A stretch of DNA of 64,000 nt from the human T2T-CHM13v2.0 reference genome, Homo sapiens. The translations under genes and the position numbers were made by a program. Location of the stretch: assembly GCF_009914755.1 (NCBI RefSeq), contig NC_060926.1; one strand, given 5' to 3'. The notes under the pieces are model-generated. The model had not been told where the DNA came from, ran no database searches, and saw only the letters and a list, made by a program, of their open reading frames with translations. Within the stretch, counting starts at the first letter, position 1; every line of letters begins with the position of its first letter. Below are positions 16,432 through 29,197 of the stretch, piece after piece.

Positions 16432-16735
16432 TATTTTTGGCATGTTTTGTTTTAAAGTGCTATAAAATCTGACTTAAAATATCTCTTCTTGAAAGTAATT
16501 TTCAAAATTTTATTCTAGATCTATCTTAAGTCAAATTATAACATCCACAAGCTAATATTTCAAAGCACTACATAAGCCCATGCCCACGCCACTTCAAAAT
16601 TCTTCTGCTTGAAAGTTCATATGTACCAAATTAACTGCTATCTCTGGCAGAGATAGGCTGGAGGAAGTCAGAGGGGAACACTCTATTATTATTGTTATAT
16701 TTTTGCATTCCCATCAATGAACTCTTCTCAGCTTA

Positions 16736-17048
16736 TTTTTATTTTTATTTTTTATTTTTTTTTATTTTTGAGACAGTCTCACTCTATCTCCCAGGCTGGA
16801 GTGCCGCGGCCCGATCTCGGCTCACAGCAAAATCCGCCTCCCAGCTTCATGCCATTCTCCTGCCTCAGCCTCCCGAGTGGCTGGGACTACAGGCGCCGCC
16901 ACCACGCCCGACTAATTTTTTTGTATTTTTAGTAGAGACGGGGTTTCACCATGTTAGCCAGGATGGTCTGGATCTCCTGACCTCGTGATCTGCCTGCCTT
17001 GGACTCCCAAAGTGCTGGGATTACGGGCGTGAGCCACCGCGCCCAGCC
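16736..17048 (-). mobile_element. AluY-like
   Basis: CpG-rich with catgttagccaggatggtc and ctcgtgatc diagnostics. TSD tcttctcagctta at 16723-16735 and 17049-17061. Confidence 0.93.
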
Positions 17049-17065
17049 TCTTCTCAGCTTAAATC

Positions 17066-17228
17066 AGAAAGAAGAGGAGGAAGAGGAAGAGGAAGAGGAA
17101 GAGGAAGAGGAAGAAGAAGAAGAAGAAGAAGAAGAAGAAGAAGAAGAAGAAGAAGAAGAAGAGGAGGAGGAGGAGGAGGAGGAGGAGGAGGGAGAGAGAG
17201 GGGGAGGGGGAGGGGGAGGAAGAAAAAA
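17066..17228 (+). repeat. Pure polypurine compound repeat (GAGGAA)n-(GAA)17-(GAG)10-G-rich
   Basis: 163 consecutive purines on the + strand. (GAA)17 at 17110-17160 and (GAG)10 at 17161-17190. Confidence 0.95.
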
Positions 17229-18672
17229 TGGTAATTCAATTCCTTGTAGACTTCTTTAGGAAAGTGAGAATATTTAGGGAGACAAAGTTTCCAGAGAGGA
17301 ATGAATCAGAAACACAGTCTCCAATATATCTGGGAATCAGAGTAATGGGTTCTGACCTTCCTTCTCTCCACACTCACTCCCAACTCCTTCTCAATTTCCA
17401 TATATTCTATTTCTTTATTTTGTTAGGTAAAAAACATATTTCCAAACAGGCAAACACAATCTTCTTGATCTATAAACAGCAGAATAAAAAAGGAAGGATA
17501 AGAGGGAAGTAGAAAATAGTTCAGCTGGGAGTTAACAAGTACTGAGGGAGCCCATGCAAGGAGGGTATGAGCAAGAGAGTTCAGCCCCAGGTCTTCAACA
17601 GGGCCCTTCTGAAAGACCATGGTTATCACAGATTACTGAGTCTAAAAGAAGCACTCAGCTTAGTTGGTTGGGGGTGGGTGAAGTAAAGAAGGAGAGTAGA
17701 TAGGTCTAAATTTAGTTATCTTCTATTATAAGATCATTTGATTTATGTATGAGTAGGACAATCAGAGCATGGGAGCCCGGGGTGAAGGGAATTAAATAAA
17801 TGTAGTTGTATACTTAAAACAGATTTCTCTCTCCTTATCTCTCCCTGTCTGTCTGCCTCTTTCTCCCTCTCTTCTCTCTCTCTCTCTTCCTCCCTCCTTC
17901 CCTCTCTTTCTCAGGATTCCTACAAATGTCATCTCTGCTTCCTGGATGATTATTTCCCCTCAAAGCTCATATTAGTCAACATCCTAAGCCCCCTAAAACA
18001 CTCCCAAATTTCAGTGTAAATGTGATTTCTTCGGAGAAACTTTACCTGCCACCTTTACCCCTCCTCTCTTAGAGAAATAAAATGCAGCAACAGGAAGCAG
18101 AATGTTTGCTGGTGGAATTCCAAATACCTTTCATCAGAAAGGGAAGCAGTTTGGAAGGGCAGCAGAGCTTTGCCACTGTCCTTGAAATGCTACTGTATTG
18201 ATTAAAGTGTTTTTAATGCCATAGACTCATCCTAAAGTGTGACGTGCCAAACTAAGGATTTTATGTTTGGATCATTCTAATTTTTTTTTCATATTTTATA
18301 TTTGCCACTTCGGGTACCTCCAAACATCCAATAACATAAGAGAAAACTGGGAATAGAAAAACTTTGAATTTTTTCACTTGCAAATTCAAGACAAAATTTT
18401 CTGCAAGATTTGGCACTTGATTACCCAATAAAAGTTCATTTAAGAAGCTATTTTAGAAGACATTTGAGCATTTGGGGTTTGATGCCCAACTATGATAATT
18501 AATTAGCTCTTTCTTTCATGGTGTGAAACAGAAGCAATATCAGGCAATTTCTTTTAGGCTAAAGAAACAAATGCAGGAAGTCTTTAATATGTCTTGGTTT
18601 TCACTTTTAGGAATGGCATGGGTGGGTGGGGTGCTCCAGCAGATAAACAGCATAGAAAAATGATAAGATTAC

Positions 18673-19111
18673 CTGACCGTCCGTCTCTCTGGAAGTCCAC
18701 ATGATACCATTCTCCATCATTCACTTTCTTCAACAGGGCTTTTATTTTTATAGTACCTGACCCCATGTCCAGGAGGAGGTAGAGGTGGCCATCTAGCATC
18801 TCAATAGCAAAGAAGTCCACCTTTATCATCTGTGGGTGCTTGGCATCTTTCTGATGTCTTGGCTTGCCATGGCTAAATAAGATGAGGCCATTTGGCTCTG
18901 TTGTACGGAAATCAAATGATATGGAGCCAGTTTTCTTTGCATTCCATTTAGGCAAAGAGATGAAAGACTCTGGGGTTTCAAAGGTGATTGGGTCTAAAGT
19001 TGCAACATTCTCACATTTAAATGCCACCACTCCATGGATCTTCATCTTAGGATCTCCTTGCTTGGCAAGTCGAGATAATTCCAGCCTCACATCATTATTT
19101 TTATATACAAC
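18673..19111 (-). CDS. NRXN1: Neurexin-1-alpha internal coding exon (439 nt; end of LNS/laminin-G domain 2 and N-terminal half of LNS3)
   Basis: Translates [56 protein letters not shown]...VDFQRDGRS(G). Acceptor cccacAG|GTT (AG = plus 19112-19113), donor TCAG|GTAAT (GT = plus 18671-18672). Starts in phase 0 and ends in phase 1, matching the next exon. Confidence 0.97.
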
Positions 19112-22100
19112 CTGTGGGCAGAGGATAGCAGTGAGAAACTAGCCTCCATATTTTAATATCTGAAACTTGTGAACAGCTCATGTAACTTTCAACGACATCA
19201 TAAAAAGGCACACGATATTTAGTTAATTTTGTTGTATAAAGGCAACATTTCTCAGGCAAATAAAATTCAAGTGTCAATTCATAGAACAATAACCATAACA
19301 ACTTAACTTGATTCAAATAATGCGTGTGCAGATGCACCCGCGCATGTGCATATACACACAAACTGCTTGTATTTAACTCAAATAATTTAAAAATCTGCAT
19401 ATATCTTTAATTTCATGTCTACATTACCATGCTAAGACTTGAACTTATAAAAGCTACTTGTTTCATAGTTGTCTATGATATTTTTAAAATTAAATATAAG
19501 CACTGAGGTTATTCAGTTTTCCCATCATTAAAGCATTTGAAATTGGATACCATTATATACCAGTCCCCTAAAATATTGGATCTCTTCTATTATCTATATA
19601 TCTGCTGTGGATATTGACTTTGCAAGACAGTCACAACAAGTTAAAGCACAAAACAGCCTGACATTTCTCAGAAAAAAAATATATAACTAAGATACAGAAG
19701 ATCCCTGACCTGCATCAATACCTTTGAATACTGTTAAGTAATGTGGCACTGCCACATGTAGAATATGGTGCTTCCCCTCAATTTATTCAACCTGTGTTAC
19801 TGGTGATCCATTTCACTTTTAATTTACACAAATGCTGCGCAAGGGTTGTCTTGTACTCTCATTTTCCAAGGCACTTCAGTGAAAGAGGCTAGGCACTTCT
19901 GAGTGCTTACTGATGGTCCTAAGGCTTTTTGGATTCCAATTAACACATTTGATAATTCACTGACAGGGTTCACGGTATCATACATTTGCTATCCCTTCAC
20001 GCTAATAAATTCAAAGGTATTTTGACATAAGGATAAAGAGAGAAGGACACCTTTTCTCTACAAAATGCATACAGTGGATAATCACATTTCTAAAATACAT
20101 AGACCATACTTACTTGAGGGTGAATTAGTTATCTAGGTCCACATAGCTGTCTAGGCTCTTTCAAGAAGGGACTCTATAGATTTCAAAGCTCCCAACATTG
20201 CTAGACTCTAGATTTATTTATCCACATGTAAAAATGTACATATATATATATGTATATGTATACACACATGTATGTTTTGTTTTTCATTTTTCAGGAATGG
20301 CATGGGTGTTTTATATAATATATGTAACAGGAAAAATAAGACAGCCTGTATCTGATTAGCGCTATGAAGTCAACCAAGACAACGCAGCAGTTATTCCAAA
20401 CCCATGGCCAACTGAACCAAGAGATGGCTGATGAGTTTCCTGATAGGATTTGTTAATGAATACTTTATTTTTCAGAGTAATTAAGAGTACATGCTCTGGT
20501 ATTGGACTTCCTGAGTTCAAATTCTGGCTCCAGCATTACCGAACTGGGAAATCTCTGTAAGCCTGTTTCACTCCCTGAAAGGAAAATAATACTTCACATA
20601 ATGGTTATAACAATTAAATAAGAAGATACACATAAGTGGGAAAATCTACATAAAGGCATTCATTCCAATGCCAATCACATTGTAAGATTTCAATAAATAT
20701 TAACTACGTAAAATACATGATAATAAAAATCAATGCTTTATCATCTAATAGACACAGATTTTAATTCTAAATTTATCCATAAGAAAACATTTAGAAATAA
20801 AGCCCACACATATAATTGGTTTTTATACATGATTTGTGCCAACTAAATAAGTCACATCTTTCCAATGCTGGGCCTGGTGTTTCAGTTTACCTTTATCTTG
20901 GAGAAGGATTATAATAAAGAACATGATATCCCTTATTCTTTGAACAAATATGTACAATGGTTTAACAAGCATCTATTGACAACAAAAGAAGAGAAAATGA
21001 ACTTGAGCAATAACAAAAAGGAATTACATTAATTCTTAAGAATACTTTTTTGAAAAGAGAAAGATCTATTAAGTCTTAGAAAAATTTATTTAGGATTGCC
21101 TTTCTTTGGAGATCTTTAGAGGCAGGGAAAATGCTTTTCAAGGATGATTTTCCAAGTTTTATCGCTTCTCTCTATGACTTTCATGCTACTTAAACCTATA
21201 TTATTTTTCCTTTTTCCTATTGATTTATATTCCAGCATGTGGACATTCTTTTGACATAGATATTGATCAAGAATAAGTATTTTCAGACCCAAATGATGCT
21301 TCTCTTGATCAATGCTAACACTCATTCTTATAATAGAACCACTGTAAAAGAATTGAGTGTTTCTGACATGAACAAGTGGGTTTTAGCCCTGGTATATTGT
21401 CTCTTGAATCTGACATCAGCCACCACAAAGTTGAAGAATGAGGGGCAGTCTAAGTCTGGGCAAGGATTTCAATGAGACATAATCTTATAACTGAATCAGG
21501 TGACTTGGTGATGAAAAGGTTCAGGAAGATGTAAAAAAAATAGAAGGAGGGATAATTCCCTGGGCAAAATTTCTTAAGGTTAGCCATGCATCTCTCATAA
21601 AAAAAAGTATCTCCACCAGAATCAATGCTTTATATGCTTTACACTGGCAAGAACCTTGCTCACCACAGCGCAGCACCAAGATCAGTGGCTGGCACAGAGT
21701 AGATGCTCAATAAATATTTGTTTATAGTTGAACAAAATTCTTCCTTCACCTTTTTAAACCTAGTTTCTAGATTATAGGCTTTTGTAAATAACAATATTTA
21801 GACCTATAATTAAAATACAGCAGAATATGGTATTGCGGACCAATCTCATAAACTAATTACTATTTTGCCCTATTTCTCTAGAAAAAAGCATAAACTTATG
21901 TGCATATCCAGTTCATAATTGACAAGTTGGCCCATGCATTGGGAAATTTCATCTTCACACACATTTTGTGGGGTATAAATTCCTTTTAGAACGAAGAATG
22001 CCTGAGTTAAAACTCTCCAGAGGTTTATACACAAAAATATACACTGTGCTTCTCCTCAACATAGTTCTTGTAGGTAAGAACTATCTCCAGATACAAGAAC

Positions 22101-23569
22101 TCTTTCCTACAAGAACTATCTTGAGAAGAAGCACACTATGTATTTTTTTCTTCCCATTTTGTACTCTTTGAAAGGCTACTCCAGAAAACAGAAAAGCAAT
22201 TTTGCATTGGTAGGCTTACGGCTCTCAGATTTACACTACTATTTCATCTGACCCAGATTTTATAATTACCCTATTTTTCTAAAGTTAGACCTACTCTTAA
22301 AATGAACTGAATCTAGTTCAATTAGAATAATGAGTAGCTAGTAAGTATTCTAACTCCTCTAAAAATTCATGTGTAAGCTATTTTTGCTTCTTTCTGAAAC
22401 AATGTGGCACTCAATCATGGGAACACCTTATAATTATTCATATATTTTTAATTCTTATGTCAAAAGTTGCAATTTACATGTTTCACTTTTGAACAAGTTT
22501 CTATATGCTTTATCATCATAACAATTGATGATATTTGTGCACACTCATTTGGATCTGTTTATAGAACCAAGGTTTCTTTGGGGACATTGATTTTTTTTTT
22601 TTTTTTAAAGAGTGATTCAAAATGTTGAATTTTACTTCCTCGCTTCATGGGCTTCTTTCCCATTTCTTCAAATATTTGTTAGAATTTTTAGTGTCCCTCT
22701 CATGTTAATATGCAAGAATAGGGCGTAATATGTTTGTGTTTTCACATTCCTAGGGTTTACCTTTGAGGAAAACAATCACTGAGTATTATCTTTGATCTTA
22801 ATGATAATCCTGAAAACATGACAGCAATGCAGAGAAAATAAATAACTTAAAGAATAGGAGCTTAGTAGTCTGCATATTAACTTGGTTCAATCTCAAAGCT
22901 ATTACTAAGCCAAGTCCCTAACCTCTCTCTGTCTCAGTTTCTTAATTTTGGAAACTGACATCTATAAAGGAAAGGCGTGCCATAACTATAAATTCTTGAG
23001 CTTTTTTTACCCTTAATATGTGTGATTTGGGACAGACATAAAAGATGGTCGATTGTTCCTGACCCCTTTCTGGCTTTCTCCTGTTGCAATTTTTGATGCC
23101 AGGATATTGTTCTCTACTTTCAGATACACTGAAACACTAATCCATTAGTAAAGAGAGTGTTCACTGCATCTTCTCGTACACAGACATGCCTCGAGGATTA
23201 TATCTACCTAAGTTTTGTACAGATGGTGCTAAAGCACTGGTAGCTGATAGATAAGGCTCTTTCAACAGAGCGGGAGTATGTGAAATTCAGTGTGAAAATA
23301 TTTGCCACTCAGATAATGACTTTTTAAAATAAATATGTGCTTCAGCTTGGAAATTACAATGGGGGTCTTAACTTCACTAACATGCATGATTAAGACTTTT
23401 CATTACTTAACTATGGTAGTATGCAGGATGGTGAAATAAGCGACCAAAGTTAGTGTTGTTTAGATATTTAGACTTTGTTATGACCCTCCCTGAGAGAACA
23501 TGAATGACTCATATTTTAATCTATCTTGGTTTTATCTTTCATACTTGTGGCTAATAAGGAGTGAGGCCT

Positions 23570-23790
23570 AAGAATTTGGTTCTCAAGTCAGATTTCAGAG
23601 AGAATTCCAGCTCACTCATTTTCAAACCTGTGACCTTGTGCAAGTTCCTCAACCTTGCCAAGTCTCAAGAGTTTTATTCGTAAAGGACAATGGTATCTAC
23701 CACATTAAGGTTACTGTAAATAATAAATTGTATTTTAGTTAAAGTGCTAATAATGGGTCCTAGCATGGAGTAAGTGATCAAGTAAATACT
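23570..23790 (+). mobile_element. MIR relic (one of many; others near 5170-5360, 20480-20700, 24170-24360, 30190-30370, 58180-58340)
   Basis: Core motif tgtgaccttgtgcaagttcctcaacc...taaagtgc. Boundaries approximate. Confidence 0.6.
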
Positions 23791-24863
23791 CATTGTTTTT
23801 ATTAACATTATTATAAATAACATTTCTTATTCTTACATTGAATTGATGGAGCTACACAATTTAATTGTCATAACAAAGGTAACAGCTAAGAAGGTAGATA
23901 GCAATTGATTGGTCACATATTTAAGGGAATTAAATAGTGCTGAGACCAGCAGGATCAAAGGTATTCAGCAGACTGGGGCTTCCTTTTTCATGCTGATATT
24001 TACGTTGCAGTTGGATGTACACATCAGGCTTTCTCTGTAAAATTCCTTAACTAGAAAATATACACAGCAGGCTAGCTAACCTAGGAGTTGTATTTTCACC
24101 CATGAAAGGGTTTCTGTGGTATCTAACAACAGCGGCTACCACTATCACCAAAGCCACCACAACAATCAGTTAAGATTTACCAGTTCACTTTCTGGCAGGC
24201 CCTCTTATAAGAGTTTTATATATAGTAATGTGTTTAATTCCCATATGCATCCTAGAAAATAGGTATAATTATTTCCTATTACCATAAGTTACCTAGAAAA
24301 TAGGTAACATTATTCTACTTTATCAATAAATATCTGGAGGCACAGAGTGACTGCATGTCTTTCTTCATGATCATGTCTAATCCTGTTTGAATACCTAATG
24401 ACCTTAACCTCAAACTTTATCTTTGTTTCAGTAGGAAATTTGTCTTCGTTTTTGATAGCAGTTGCTAAGTAGATTCACAATCAAACAGCTGTTTGTCATT
24501 AGGCAAAATGATAACCTTTCAATGAGTTACATGTGCGTTCTAAATACCAGTATTTTTCCTTCATTTGTTGTCATTAAAATATCTCTAAGTGAATCAAATG
24601 TCACAAGTAAGTAGAGGAATTTATTGTGTATCTACTGATTAAAATGTCCCTTCAAGTCCAGTTATAGCAGAGGGCCTATTTCTGTTTCCAAGATGATATT
24701 GTAGTTTTTCAACAGGTATGTCATTTAGAATGTAACAAACGTTATCTTAAAAATCTGTGCGGTTTAAAAATTATTTAAAGGGACTGTTGCTTTAATGCTG
24801 ATTTTTGTTTGTTTATTTGTTTAAAATGCAGTTAATGCTTTTACTCTATTAAGACCAAGTGAA

Positions 24864-25214
<351 letters not shown>

Positions 25215-26507
25215 TCAAGTACCAGAATTTAATTATCATTTTCACCTAGCTGTTATCTTTCTACGCACCATCTCCTTATATCAGTGCACTGTGTCAAAAT
25301 ACAACCAGGAACTAGCCAGCAAGTGAAAAGTACAAGCGTCATCCAGTAAGTAGCAGATAAATTGCATTTGCTTTGCCATGATCTGGGTAAGAAAGAGCTC
25401 AGAAAAGGAAATGCAGCATATTACAACTTTCATCCCCAACATTAACTTATTTATTATTTTGAAATTATGTTTCAATTCTGACACTTCCAATTCAATCAGA
25501 CACGCACTTTTTAGACACGTGCTATGGTAGGATCAATCAAATGCAATTTTAGTCACTTCCCTGTGCATATGCCTAGTTCCACAGAACATGTTACACTGAA
25601 AATAAACTAATTTAATACGCTAGTTTAATTTATCTTAAACATTTGCTAGTGGTAACTATATAATAGGTAAACTATATGTGATCAACACATATACACATAG
25701 ACACACACCTACACACAACCAGAGTTTAAACATTACCCAGATACACTATATGTCAAATTTAATGTCATTGATATCCATATAAATATGCACTTATGTTAGA
25801 ATATATGGTATATCTCTCAACAGATATATAGATAAGTAGATAATACATACCTATGTATGTCAGAGACATAACAAAATATAAATACATTAACAATATTTGA
25901 TAATTTCAAAAAATTAGAAATTTGAAAATTTCAAAAATTAGAAATTTGGTTTAAGCACAAAGATGGTCCTACTCATTTTGTATCAAAAATGTTTTGGCCC
26001 AAAAGCAAATTTTAGCACATATAAAGTTGGTGCTTTCCACAAAAAACAACTGTAGCCTCCAAAAATTAGTATTTTATGATTAAATGAAAGGAGAAAATTA
26101 GACATTTCCCTTCATGTTCCTGCCACCATGAGGAGACAATCTGAAAAGCAGAATAAAGGCAAGGTGGTCACTTTTTAAAATCTTTGCACCCATTATTGTT
26201 TTATCTCCCACCCAAAATCAAGTTTCTTATGCTATTCACTTTCTTACACTGAAGGTCTAGCATAGGACATGATTCTAGCAAAAATGTCAAACACTGTTGA
26301 GCTTAACTGACCAAGAGAGACTAATAGGATTTTAGCTTTTCTGGGAATGTCACTCCATAGAAATTTTCATGTGTAGTGTGATATGTCCACAGGAGACAGG
26401 TGGGCATCCAGTACAGTACATACAACTGTGGAGTGGCTGCGGGAGGGCTAGTGGATAGGGAAGACAGTGTAGAAAATGAACAAGCCCTGTACAAAGTAGT
26501 CTGATGT

Positions 26508-26515
26508 ATGTTTGT

Positions 26516-26554
<39 letters not shown>

Positions 26555-26792
26555 TTGAGAAGCCGTCTCACTCCGTCGCCCAGGCTGGAGTGCAATAATG
26601 CAACTGTGCAACCTCTGCTGCCCAGGTACAAGCAATTCTCCTGCCTCAGCCTCTGGAGTAGCTGGGACTACAGGCATGTGCTACCACGCCCGGTTAATTT
26701 TGGATTTTTAGTAGAGACGGGGTTTCACCATTTTGGCCAGGCTAGTCTCGAACTCCTGACCTCAAGTGATCCGCCTGCTTTGGCCTCCCAAA
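26508..26792 (-). mobile_element. Alu (S type), 5'-truncated, (TTTA)n tail
   Basis: Reverse Alu body ending at ggcctcccaaa. Confidence 0.88.
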
Positions 26793-28427
26793 CTAATGCA
26801 TCTTTAAAAACAATTCTTACCAGTAAGGAAATTTAATTTTAAAGAGACATACGTAAATAATTTTGAAAAATAAGAGTGTTTTGGGAAGGCAGCAAGTTGA
26901 TCTTTTTTTCCCCTGATCTAATCTGATTCAGAGACCATGTACAGATAATATTTTCAATGAAATATGTTATCTTCTCCAAACCCAAATACCAAAACCTGTT
27001 ATAAAATGGAAATCAAACTACAGTAATATAATTTATCCACAAAGGCATATGACATTTTATTTAAAACAAAAAAATAGTTAAAAATTGGAGAGGGAAAAAA
27101 CAATATTTTGTTTACACAACAAAGAGAAAAATATTTTTACCTAGTCTCAATTAAATACAACCAAATATATCCCATTAATCAGGGGAAGAAAAAGGAAAAG
27201 AAAACCCCTCCTGCTTTGTCCTTCCTTCATTCCAGCATTCAGTGAACTGCTTAAAGTTACTGAGACAACATTAGGTGCAATCTGTAGAAGTTACTCATGG
27301 GAGTTGAAAGACTGAGTTGTCCTTGGGTTAGCAGCTCTATTTATGAAGCTTTCAGTGCATATGAGTATGTAGCAGAATAACCTGAGTTTCATTAAATAGT
27401 TATGTCTATTTTTCTCACATTAGTGATTCAGTAATGCCTTTTGGAAATAAATGGAAAAATGAACCACAAATGTCAGTAATGTGAAGTTTCAGCTGAAGAT
27501 CTTTTTGAAATACAAACTGCAAACTTGATCAATTGTCTTATTTTCAGATGAGGAAACTGAGGCTTAAAAGGCTAGAAGGCTATCCAAGTTGGCATCAATC
27601 TCTGATCAAAATAATGTATTGGGGACTTCAGTGTTCAGTGTTCTTTCAATTTTGTGTTAAAAAAGAAAAAAGAACAAGGAACAAACTCTGCCATAGGTCC
27701 AGGGTTATGAAATGCTCTTAAGCAATTACAAACGAAGAGCAGCCCACTTTTTAGCAACGTGACAGAAAAGGAACTGGAGCTTATTTAAAGGTGACTCCAA
27801 CTTTAAAACTATGTTAGCTTCATAATAAGTTGATTTTCACAGACAGATATAAAAGTCCTGAGGGGGTAAAAATTGCAGTAATTTCCCCCAATGATAGCAT
27901 TTAGAAAGACACTGAACAAGTTAACTAGAATCAATAAACTTGCAATGTTCACTACTATTTTAAAAGGAAGTGATGAAGATACTTTCCGCATCAGTCTTTC
28001 ATGATCTTGCCGAAAGTTATCTCACCATAACTTGGGGTTAAGAGTTTCTACTTCAAGCCAGCAGATGCTGCTAAGAAAGGCAATGCATGTCTGCTTTATC
28101 CAAAAAACTTTTCAATCTCCTGCTAGTTTCAATGGGGGAAAAGTAGCACTATTATTATTATTTTATTAGGGGAACCTATCTTCCCATATACCAAGAAAAT
28201 ATCTTTGAACTGATAATAACAAAATAGTGACACTAAATGATGTGTCTAGATTAATCAATGCATCTTCTTTTGTGTCTCCAGCCTCATAAGCTCAGTGAAG
28301 TTTCCTCCACCACTTAATTTTACATTTTTCTAAGGAGGCAGACATTAGTATAAGTATATAATATACCATTTAGTATATGTATATGCATGTATTATAGATA
28401 GATTAGACAAATATATGATAGATATAC

Positions 28428-28466
<39 letters not shown>
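28428..28466. repeat. (GATA)n tetranucleotide STR
   Basis: About 10 GATA units. Confidence 0.93.
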
Positions 28467-29076
28467 GATTTCCTACAGTCTGTCCTTTCCTCATTGATCT
28501 GCATTGACATACTATCTATTGTTTTGGATATACCAATGTTCACTATTTTAATATATTATTACTTTTTGATCATGCTCGTCAATTTTAAGCTTTGAAAAAA
28601 ATTTCTCCAAGAGAGATGGGATAACCAAACAATTTCATGTAAAATATTTATTACTTGATTATATTTATGTGTGTGTGTATGATATATGTATTATTTTTAA
28701 TCCACTGAAAATATGTTGTCTTCTGTTTAAGGTGAAAATCCAAATTGACTTGCTCCACAAAGAGTTAGTTATTTGAACCAGCACATTTTTTTGTCCTTCT
28801 TTTTCTTACTTCAACACTCAGGGGAACACAATTTTTAAATAATTATTTTTCCGACTTGTAAGGCCTACCACATATTAAATTATTACATATATGAGATTCT
28901 ATGGCTGAGCACGCTGTTCTGTTTTATTGATGTTTATTTTTTCTTGATCTAGTTCCATGTCACCTAACTGTCACAGCTTTATAATATATTCTAATGTGTG
29001 TTAGGCTCCTTCCAATCAACCAACCCATTAACATTAATTAGCTTACAATGTTTATACGTTATAAACATTATAAACA

Positions 29077-29197
29077 TCTCATGTAATTTCGCACGTTTTT
29101 TCCTTATGAAGATCCGTTAATAAATTACCAAAAGATATAATCAGTTTATTCACTTCAATAAAAAAAAGCAATCACCGAATATTTTTAAATGACCATA
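29077..29197 (+). repeat. ~120-bp local direct duplication, copy 1
   Basis: Matches 31406-31524 with about 6 substitutions and one 2-bp indel. Confidence 0.93.

Noticed and set aside
16999-17259. Poly-Glu ORF and poly-Leu/Pro antisense ORF
   Set aside because: Translation of the GAA/GAG microsatellite plus the Alu end.
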